In this document: positions 25,374-32,650 of the stretch, in pieces
Layout of the letters: each line of letters begins with the position of its first letter
How positions within the stretch are numbered: position 1 is the first letter of the stretch
IMG/VR virus record: IMGVR_UViG_3300045988_116818
Span: 1 to 44,812 of that record
DNA length: 44,812 nucleotides
Reading direction: 5' to 3' (one strand)
Origin: a virus
The notes under the pieces: generated by a model
What the model saw: only the letters and a program-made list of their open reading frames with translations
The model's database searches: none
What the model was told of the DNA's origin: nothing
Translations under genes and position numbers: made by a program

Positions 25374-25552
25374 TTGCCGGAGACGCCTGGGAGGTTGACA
25401 CGCTGGTGGCTTACTACTGCTTTGTCAACCTCGGGTGGACTCCGGGACAGTATGACGCCCTGCCTCTGCGGGAAAAGGCTCTGGTGCGGGTTTTTGCCCT
25501 GCGGAGCATGGAGGAGAATAAGCGGCTGCAAGACAGCTTGAAAAAGAGGTGA
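24963..25552 (+). CDS. Tail assembly chaperone, -1 frameshift-extended product
   Basis: The slippery heptamer A_AAA_AAC (25364-25370) is in the correct zero-frame phase just before TAA. The -1 frame is open to TGA 25550-52 (LIAGDAWEVDTLVAYYCFVNLGWTPGQYDALPLREKALV...). Confidence 0.75.
25364..25370 (+). promoter_or_regulatory. -1 programmed ribosomal frameshift slippery site A_AAA_AAC
   Basis: The zero-frame codons are GCA AAA AAC TAA, so X_XXY_YYZ is in phase. Confidence 0.75.
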
Positions 25553-25556
25553 GACT

Positions 25557-27395
25557 GTGGCGACGATTCGAGATACGCTGGTTCTGGAAGACAGATATTC
25601 CACTATCGTCCGGGGCTATATCCAGAATTTAAATCGTGCCGGGAATGCGGCTAAAAACGCAGGAAACAGCACACGCCGTTTCGGTAATGAGGCGGCGATC
25701 ACGGCGCAGCACACATCCGGTCTTGCAAGAAGCCTTAGAAGCGCTGCCAGTGCGTTTATCGGCATCCAGGGGATTAAGACGCTAACAGGTTTGTCAGACT
25801 CCATGACCTCCATCACGGCCCGTCTGAACATGATGAACGATGGGCTACAGACCACGAAAGAGCTGAACCAGATGATTTACGAGTCCGCTCAGCGGTCACG
25901 TGGTTCCTATCAGGAGACGGCAAATCTTGTCGCCAAGCTGGGTACCCTGGCGGGGAATGCCTTTTCTAGCAATCAGGAGATCGTGACCTTCGCGGAGCAG
26001 CTGAACAAGCAGATGGCCCTGTCCGGCACCACCACCCAGGAGGCCCAGGCGGCCATGCTGCAGTTGACTCAGGGCCTTGCTTCCGGCACCCTGCGGGGCG
26101 AGGAGCTGAACTCCGTGTTGGAGCAGACACCCATGATTGCGCAGAGTATCGCAAAATACATGGGGGTCAACACCGGCGAGATGCGGGAGCTGGCCTCTGA
26201 GGGAGCCGTCACCGCTGATGTGGTAAAAAACGCCATGTTCGCGGCGGCGGATGAAATTAACGTCAAATTTGAGCAGATGCCCATGACCTGGAGTCAGGTG
26301 TGGACCTCTATGAAAAACACAGCCATCCAGGCGCTGCAGCCTGTGCTGGACGCCGTCAACTGGCTGGCAAATAACCTGTCTATCATTGGGCCGCTGGTGC
26401 TGGGATTGGGTGCTGCATTTGTAGTTTTTCAAGTGGCGGCCCACTGGACGCAGATTGCGGATGTCGCAGCCGGAGCCTATCATTTTGTGGTGAATCTGCT
26501 GACGATTGGGTTCGGCGTTTTGCGGGGCAGTACAGCGGCGGCATCGGCGGCGGTGATGACCTTCAACAGCACTTTGTTCGCCTCCCCCATCACCTGGATC
26601 ATCATGCTGGTAGGAGTACTGATCGGACTGCTGTATGCAGGCGTGGCAGCATTCAACAAAATCACGGGCGCGAGTGTTTCTGCCACCGGTATCATCACGG
26701 GAACACTGGCAACATTGGTGGCATTTGTGTTTAACAGTGTGATCGTTCCGCTGCAAAACGGGTTTGCGGCATTTGCTAATTTCTTAGCCAACCTTTTCAA
26801 CGACCCCGTTGCGGCAATACAGATGCTGTTCTTTAATTTCATGCTTACTGTTTTGGGGTATATCCAGAATGTTGCGCATGGATTGGAGGATTTGATTAAC
26901 AAAATTCCTGGTGTCGAGGTAAATCTCACGTCCGGGATTGACAGCATGTACCATGATGTAGCTGCTGGGGCGCAGAAGGTCAAAAACGAATCTGAATGGA
27001 AAGAGTATATCAAGGCATGGGAATACAAGGACTTGGCAGATGCGTTTTCCAGCGGATATAACCGGGGAAGCAACCTGTTCGGGGGCGGCACCGCGTCGGA
27101 GCTGTTCGCCCAGTCCACGGCCTATGACAACATCGCTAGCATCGCTGACAGCGTGAAGGGCATCGAGAAGTCCGTCTCCATGAGCGGGGAGGATATCAAG
27201 GCCCTGGCGGATGTGGCGGAGCGGCGGTATGTGAACAACGTCAATTTGACGGCGCAGACACCGGTTATCACCATCAACGGGGCCAACACGGGGAATACTC
27301 CGGCAGACCGGCAGGCCATCGCTGACACCATCCGGGACATCCTGATCGAGCAGGTGTCCTCCGGCTCCACCAGAACTACGGCCAGAGCGTTTTGA
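25557..27395 (+). CDS. Tail tape measure protein (GTG start)
   Basis: 612 aa with an N-terminal helical region, TLRGEELNSVLEQTPMIAQSIAKYMG, and central hydrophobic segments. Located after the chaperone gene. Confidence 0.9.
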   Translation: MATIRDTLVLEDRYSTIVRGYIQNLNRAGNAAKNAGNSTRRFGNEAAITAQHTSGLARSLRSAASAFIGIQGIKTLTGLSDSMTSITARLNMMNDGLQTTKELNQMIYESAQRSRGSYQETANLVAKLGTLAGNAFSSNQEIVTFAEQLNKQMALSGTTTQEAQAAMLQLTQGLASGTLRGEELNSVLEQTPMIAQSIAKYMGVNTGEMRELASEGAVTADVVKNAMFAAADEINVKFEQMPMTWSQVWTSMKNTAIQALQPVLDAVNWLANNLSIIGPLVLGLGAAFVVFQVAAHWTQIADVAAGAYHFVVNLLTIGFGVLRGSTAAASAAVMTFNSTLFASPITWIIMLVGVLIGLLYAGVAAFNKITGASVSATGIITGTLATLVAFVFNSVIVPLQNGFAAFANFLANLFNDPVAAIQMLFFNFMLTVLGYIQNVAHGLEDLINKIPGVEVNLTSGIDSMYHDVAAGAQKVKNESEWKEYIKAWEYKDLADAFSSGYNRGSNLFGGGTASELFAQSTAYDNIASIADSVKGIEKSVSMSGEDIKALADVAERRYVNNVNLTAQTPVITINGANTGNTPADRQAIADTIRDILIEQVSSGSTRTTARAF

Positions 27396-27404
27396 AAAAG
27401 AAAA

Positions 27405-27426
27405 GCGGCACCTAAGGCGGCACCGC
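27405..27426 (-). terminator. Strand-specific terminator of the antisense gene 27432..27740
   Basis: The minus-strand RNA GCGGUGCC-GCCUUA-GGUGCCGC forms 8 bp, including 2 G-U pairs that would be mismatches on the plus strand. It is followed by UUUUCUUUUUC. Confidence 0.5.
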
Positions 27427-27431
27427 GTTTC

Positions 27432-27740
27432 TCACTGGGCTTTTTTCAATTCCTTGATCTGCTGGGTGTGAAGGTCCACGGCCTTTTCCAGATCGTCCAC
27501 ACGGTCTTCGATGATGTCCACGGCTTCTTTTGGAACAGGATTGATCTGCTCGCTGAGGGCTTGGAATTTTGGGTCAAAATAGGATTCCATGAGCACCATA
27601 GTTTCACTAATAATTTCCCTCTTCTGCTCAGTCATCATATCCTTGACCGTGCCGATGATCTCTTGCTTTTGCTGGGTCATTTTAGAGTCCATTAACTGCG
27701 CAATGGCTTGCAGGTCCTTTTCATCGAGCATTTTCATCAC
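27432..27740 (-). CDS. Coiled-coil protein encoded antisense to the tail operon (moron)
   Basis: 102-aa ORF MMKMLDEKDLQAIAQLMDSKMTQQKQEII... with heptad-like character. It has its own near-consensus promoter and terminator. Confidence 0.7.
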   Translation of the reverse strand: MMKMLDEKDLQAIAQLMDSKMTQQKQEIIGTVKDMMTEQKREIISETMVLMESYFDPKFQALSEQINPVPKEAVDIIEDRVDDLEKAVDLHTQQIKELKKAQ

Positions 27741-27766
27741 TCCTCATCATTTTAGATGACAGCACC

Positions 27767-27795
27767 ATTATACAGGAGGCAAACATGAGCGTCAA
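27767..27795 (-). promoter_or_regulatory. Near-consensus sigma-A-type promoter for the antisense gene (TTGACG-17-TATAAT)
   Basis: The minus strand reads TTGACG (27795-27790), a 17-nt spacer, then TATAAT (27772-27767). It overlaps the start of the XkdP-like gene. Confidence 0.6.
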
Positions 27796-28528
27796 CAACT
27801 TCGGATTGTTTTTTACAAGGGATGGGACGGTCATCCGCCTCCCGGTCAACCCGGAAAAATTGCCCGTGACAAGAGGCACAGAGAATGGGGATTACAACGT
27901 TCTGGGCATTGGCCAGATCGTGGTGCCCCGGACGCCGAACCTGAGAGAAGTTGCGATTTCTTCCTTCTTTCCTGGGCGTCCATTCTCTGGTGTGCTGAAC
28001 TCCGGAGGGTTCCAGCCACCGGAGTTCTACATCCAGTTTTTTGAAAGTGCCATGAACGATAAGGCCCCAATCCTCTATACACCGGTGCGGTATTATGAAA
28101 ATGGGGAGCCGTTTATGACTGGGGACCCTGGCATGACCTGCGTGGTGACTACGTTCAACACCGAAGAGCGTGGTGGAGAGACCGGAGATTTCTACTATGA
28201 TTTAACGCTGACAGAGTACAGGGATTACACGCCCGGGACCATTCAGGTGCAGTCCCAGATCAGCGGAACGCCTGCAGTGGCGACCACAGAACCGTCCCGG
28301 GAGATTCCGCAGGGACAGCTTGTGGTGGGGGCAAGATGTATTGCTAACGGACCCTATTATTACACCTCTTATGGAGACGAGCCCCACGGAGACGGAAATG
28401 GGCGGACGGTCATTGTCTCGCGGATTGTGGACGCGTCCAGAGCCTATCCCATCCATGTGACCAATGAGAGTGGCGGGGCGCTGGGGTGGATGAGGAAGGA
28501 GGCGCTGCAGGTGGTGAGTACCGCATGA
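27785..28528 (+). CDS. XkdP-like tail/baseplate protein
   Basis: The N-terminal FTRDGTVIRLPVNPEKLPVTRGTENGDYNVLGIGQIVVPR is typical of XkdP-position proteins. Located after the TMP gene. Confidence 0.7.
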   Translation: MSVNNFGLFFTRDGTVIRLPVNPEKLPVTRGTENGDYNVLGIGQIVVPRTPNLREVAISSFFPGRPFSGVLNSGGFQPPEFYIQFFESAMNDKAPILYTPVRYYENGEPFMTGDPGMTCVVTTFNTEERGGETGDFYYDLTLTEYRDYTPGTIQVQSQISGTPAVATTEPSREIPQGQLVVGARCIANGPYYYTSYGDEPHGDGNGRTVIVSRIVDASRAYPIHVTNESGGALGWMRKEALQVVSTA

Positions 28529-29493
28529 AATGCGAGCTTCTGATCGCCAACAAGCGCAGCGGGAAGGTTTGGGATGTGGTGAACTGCACACAGACAGCTT
28601 CCTGGACCACCAACCGGACAGGAAGTCCGGGGACATTCAAGTTTACGCTGAACAAGTGCGCGGACATCGCGTTTCTAGAGGGCGACGTGGTGCGGTTTTC
28701 CGTGGATGGACAGCTGCAGTTCTACGGCTGGGTATTCACCAAAGTCAAAAACCGCTGGGACGAGATCGAAGTCACCTGCTATGACCGGCTGCGATACCTG
28801 AAAGCCAACGCCTCCTATGCCTTCTATGATTACAAGGCAGGGGACATGATCGCACAGATCGCGGCGGACTTCCAGCTGGATGCGGGGGCCGTTGCGGACA
28901 CCGGCTACGCCATTCCCTCCTTTATCAAGGAGGACGAGACGGTGCTGGACATGATCGGGGAGGCGGTGCAGCAGACCCTTTTGAACACCGGGAAAATCTA
29001 TGTGTTTTACGACGACGGCAACGGTTTGGCACTGACCGAGGCAGCCAGCATGATTTCCAATGTTATGATTGGTGAGCGGTCCTTGCTGACAGAGTACGAG
29101 TACAAGACCGACATTGACGAGCAGACGTACAACTCCGTGAAACTGGCCAGACCTAACGAGAAGACCGGTCGGTGGGAAGTAGTGATTGTGGAGGACTCCG
29201 CCAACATCGGCCAATGGGGGCTTTTGCAGCTCTACCAGACCGTGGACGGAGACGTAAATGACGCGCAGATGAAAGCTCAGGCGGAGGCGTCGCTTGCCTA
29301 CTATAACCGGCGCATGAGAACGGTCAAGGTCAACGCCTTGGGGGTTCCTGGCCTCCGGGCGGGCCAGATGGTTTTAATGAAGGTTCCCGGCCTGGGAGAC
29401 ATCAACCTGGACCAGTATGTGCTGCTGGAAAAGGTGACGCACACCTGGGAGAACGACGTACACACCATGGAATTTGAGACGATGGCGATTTGA
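28525..29493 (+). CDS. XkdQ/YqbQ-like baseplate hub protein
   Basis: ATGA overlap. MKCELLIANKRSGKVWDVVNCTQTASWTTNRTGSPGTFKFTL matches the XkdQ pattern. Confidence 0.75.
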   Translation: MKCELLIANKRSGKVWDVVNCTQTASWTTNRTGSPGTFKFTLNKCADIAFLEGDVVRFSVDGQLQFYGWVFTKVKNRWDEIEVTCYDRLRYLKANASYAFYDYKAGDMIAQIAADFQLDAGAVADTGYAIPSFIKEDETVLDMIGEAVQQTLLNTGKIYVFYDDGNGLALTEAASMISNVMIGERSLLTEYEYKTDIDEQTYNSVKLARPNEKTGRWEVVIVEDSANIGQWGLLQLYQTVDGDVNDAQMKAQAEASLAYYNRRMRTVKVNALGVPGLRAGQMVLMKVPGLGDINLDQYVLLEKVTHTWENDVHTMEFETMAI

Positions 29494-29919
29494 ATGGAAC
29501 TAAAAGACATTTTACAACAGATGATGCAGGAGAATATCCGGGCGGGACAGCCAACGGACATCCGCATCGGGACTGTGACAAAGGCGGCCCCGCTGGAAAT
29601 TACCATCAACACGCAGATGGCGCCGCTACGGGCCTCTGTCCTGTATCTGACGGAGGCGGTTGTGGAGAAAAAAATTCCGATTGTGGAACACAGGCACACC
29701 ATCAGCGTACAAGACACCTATACCGGGGGAGGCACCGCTGTATGTTCCGTCGAGCTTTCTGACATTGTATGTCAAGAATTCGGAAAGCAGCTGCCGGTGG
29801 AGGATGGCTATATCATTCTCAACCGCGCGTTAGCGGTGGGGGACGAGGTGATTTTGCTCCGGGTGCAGAACGGACAGAAGTTTATCGTGCTGTCCAGAGT
29901 CTTTAAGGAGGCGAGCTGA
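29494..29919 (+). CDS. DUF2577 (XkdR-like) baseplate protein
   Basis: IRIGTVTKAAPLEITINTQMAPL... is typical of DUF2577. Synteny supports the call. Confidence 0.7.
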   Translation: MELKDILQQMMQENIRAGQPTDIRIGTVTKAAPLEITINTQMAPLRASVLYLTEAVVEKKIPIVEHRHTISVQDTYTGGGTAVCSVELSDIVCQEFGKQLPVEDGYIILNRALAVGDEVILLRVQNGQKFIVLSRVFKEAS

Positions 29920-30329
29920 TGTCCACATTACCGACAAGCTCCATTGATATCTCCGCCGGCGTGACCTTCCAGCAGCAGCCTTCCCGCACATGGTATATCA
30001 ACAAGGAGACGGGCCGCATCCAAGGAGAGTGCGACGGTGGGAGGTCCGTGAAACAGGCTGTGGAGATCATCCTGAACGTGGAGCGGTTCCGGTGGCAGAT
30101 TTACAGGTCTTACTCCGGGATGCAGTGGGAAGGATTGATCGGCCAGGACCCGGGGTATGTGGCCTCCGAATTGCAGCGGCGAATCACGGAGGCCCTGACC
30201 ATGGACGACCGGGTACGCGGCATTTCGGATTTTACCTATTCCATAGAGGGAAACACCCTTTCGGCCTCCTTCACGGTAAATACCGTGTACGGGAGCGAAC
30301 CGACCAGTGTGGAGGTGAATATCAGTTGA
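29919..30329 (+). CDS. DUF2634 (XkdS/GpW-gp25-like) baseplate wedge protein
   Basis: Synteny plus QAVEIILNVERFRWQIYRSYSGMQWEGLIG. Confidence 0.7.
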   Translation: MSTLPTSSIDISAGVTFQQQPSRTWYINKETGRIQGECDGGRSVKQAVEIILNVERFRWQIYRSYSGMQWEGLIGQDPGYVASELQRRITEALTMDDRVRGISDFTYSIEGNTLSASFTVNTVYGSEPTSVEVNIS

Positions 30330-31468
30330 TGGATTTTACGCAGGACACGTATCAGAATCTTTTACAGGCCATGTTGAACCGGGTACCGGACACCTATGAC
30401 AAGCGGGACACGGCCCCCATTCCAACGGCTCTGGGGCCTGCCGCTTGGGCGCTGGAAGGGTTTTATCTGAGCCTGGACCAGGTGCAGCGGCAGGCATTCG
30501 TGCAGACGGCCTCTGGAGTCTCGCTAGACATGTTGTCCGTCATCGGCGGCCTTACGAGATACCCGGCGTCGGCGGCGATACGGCTAGGGGTATTCAATGA
30601 GGAGGTTGCCGTCGGGGCGCGATTCTCCACCATCAACGGGGAGAGCAGTATCAACTTCATCGTGACAGCTCCGGACACTCCGACTGACCCGACGGAAGGG
30701 TTCTACTACTACCAGCTGACAGCGGAGACACCGGGGACCATCGGGAACGAATACACCGGGCCCATCCTTCCGATCACCACCATTCCTGGGCTGACGAGCG
30801 CGGAGATGACGGAAATTCTCATCCCCGGTGATGACACGGAGACAGACGAGGCGCTTCGGGCAAGATTGGTGGAGACTTTGAACGAGCGGCCTTTCGGCGG
30901 GAATATTGCCTCGTACCGGTCCTATGTGCTGGGGATGGACGGCATTGGCGCGGTGCAGGTCTATCCCACCTGGAACGGCGGAGGAACTGTGAAGCTGTCT
31001 ATTCTGGGCGCGGACTGGCTGCCGGCCAGTGAAGAGCTGGTGGAGCGTGTGCAGAACGCCGTGGACCCACCGCCAAACCAGGGACTAGGGCTTGGCATGG
31101 CTCCCATCGGGGCGCAGGTGACGGTGGTTTCTCCGGAGAGCCTGACGGTGAATGTGTCTGCCGCGCTGACCCTGCAGGCGGGCTATCAGATCGGGCAGGT
31201 GCAGCAGCCCATTGAACAGGCCGTTGAGGCATACCTGCTGACCATCCGGAAGGAGTGGGACACCAACACCAGCACCAACAGTGTGGTGTATGCGGCGGAC
31301 GTGTACTTGGCGAGAATCACCGCCGCCATGATAGGGGTGACTGGAGTGGTCAACGCCACCAACGTACAGCTCAACGGCGCTGCGGCGGACATGACTCTGA
31401 CGGAGGATGGGACCACGCAGCAGGTTCCGGTAATTGGTACTGTAACACTGACGGAGGGCGGCGCATGA
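30329..31468 (+). CDS. Baseplate J-like protein (XkdT-like)
   Basis: The start MDFTQDTYQNLLQAMLNRVPDTYDKRDTAPI is typical of baseplate J. TGATG overlap at 30329. The 29990 start in the track was rejected. Confidence 0.85.
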   Translation: MDFTQDTYQNLLQAMLNRVPDTYDKRDTAPIPTALGPAAWALEGFYLSLDQVQRQAFVQTASGVSLDMLSVIGGLTRYPASAAIRLGVFNEEVAVGARFSTINGESSINFIVTAPDTPTDPTEGFYYYQLTAETPGTIGNEYTGPILPITTIPGLTSAEMTEILIPGDDTETDEALRARLVETLNERPFGGNIASYRSYVLGMDGIGAVQVYPTWNGGGTVKLSILGADWLPASEELVERVQNAVDPPPNQGLGLGMAPIGAQVTVVSPESLTVNVSAALTLQAGYQIGQVQQPIEQAVEAYLLTIRKEWDTNTSTNSVVYAADVYLARITAAMIGVTGVVNATNVQLNGAAADMTLTEDGTTQQVPVIGTVTLTEGGA

Positions 31469-32373
31469 ACCCGATTAAACTGGACACAGAACTGTGCAAG
31501 CAGCTCCCGCCCTGGTACCGGGAGGTGCTGGATTATCAGCAGATGTGCCGGACGGAGACGGCACAGTTTGAGTCTCTGGCCGCTGAAATCACCGGCGTAG
31601 CGGAGAACTTTTTCTTCCAGACGATGGATTTGAGCGGTGTGGAGATGTGGGAGCAGATTTTTCGCATCGTGCCGAACCCGCAGACGGAAGGCCTTACTTT
31701 CAGGCGCTACCGCGTGCTGAATCGGATTACCACAAAGCCGCCCTATACGCTGGGCTTCCTGTATCAGAAGCTGGACGAGCTGATTGGGCCGGGACTGTGG
31801 GAGGTCACGGTGGACTATCCCAATTACACCCTGTATATTGAGAGCTCCGCCCAAAATCAGAACTACGCACAGGAAGTGGCTTTCACCATCAACCGCATCA
31901 AACCGGCGCACATCGTCTATGTGAATACGCCGTTTATCCAGTCAGGGCTTCTCCTGTCTGAACAGATTGAGCGGCTGAACCGGGTATACAACTATCAATT
32001 GGGCCTGTGGGAGCTGGGGAGATTCCCCTTCGCCGCGGACCAGGACAGTGAGGTGATCAAATTGCCGGAAACTCCATCCATCCAAACAGCCCTCCTGACA
32101 GGGGTCGCAGACTTTGTCAGCGGCGACGTGGCCTCGGCCAGAATCAACGGGACGATCAGCATTACAAATCTGTCAAAGAGCGTGGAGAACAGTGTTTTGA
32201 CTGTGACATACACCGTCTCCGGCAGTCAGACCACGGAGATTACCACTGTGGAGCTTCTGGACGCGGAGGAAAACGTTCTCACCAGTTCCGCAGTATACGT
32301 CCCCGTGGAAAACACCGTCGTCATGAAACATACGATTCCCGTTGAGGAAGGAGTGATATCCAATGGCGAATAA
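31465..32373 (+). CDS. DUF2313 (XkdU/YmfQ-like) tail protein
   Basis: LPPWYREVLDYQQMCRTETAQFESL...FFFQTMD...GVEMWE matches the DUF2313 pattern. ATGA overlap. Confidence 0.8.
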   Translation: MNPIKLDTELCKQLPPWYREVLDYQQMCRTETAQFESLAAEITGVAENFFFQTMDLSGVEMWEQIFRIVPNPQTEGLTFRRYRVLNRITTKPPYTLGFLYQKLDELIGPGLWEVTVDYPNYTLYIESSAQNQNYAQEVAFTINRIKPAHIVYVNTPFIQSGLLLSEQIERLNRVYNYQLGLWELGRFPFAADQDSEVIKLPETPSIQTALLTGVADFVSGDVASARINGTISITNLSKSVENSVLTVTYTVSGSQTTEITTVELLDAEENVLTSSAVYVPVENTVVMKHTIPVEEGVISNGE

Positions 32374-32650
32374 ACCGATTCCAACCCCTTTGATCGCTGA
32401 TCTTCCTGAGGATTGGGAGATCAACGACACTGTATCTCCCAGCGGCACGGACGTGGGGCTGACGGAGCAGCATGGCTATAACTACTTGATGGGCAAGGTG
32501 AATGAGGCCGTGGAGGCGATCAATACCCTGAACGACGGATTTGAGAATACGGGAGGCTTCACTTTGATGGAGACATCCATTCCCACGGCAGACCGGCAGC
32601 CAAATACCTTGTATGGGCTGATTTTAGGGAATTATGGGGGTGAGAGCTGA
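32363..32650 (+). CDS. Small tail-fibre-associated protein
   Basis: ORF lies between the DUF2313 gene and the large fibre gene. HGYNYLMGKVNEAVEAIN resembles fibre N-terminal helices. Confidence 0.55.
   Translation: MANKPIPTPLIADLPEDWEINDTVSPSGTDVGLTEQHGYNYLMGKVNEAVEAINTLNDGFENTGGFTLMETSIPTADRQPNTLYGLILGNYGGES

Noticed and set aside
29990-30328. Upstream extension of the baseplate-J ORF (492-aa version).
   Set aside because: The extension overlaps the whole DUF2634 gene in another frame and is Arg/Gly/Pro-rich. The MDFTQDTYQNLL start at 30329 is coupled (TGATG) to the preceding gene.
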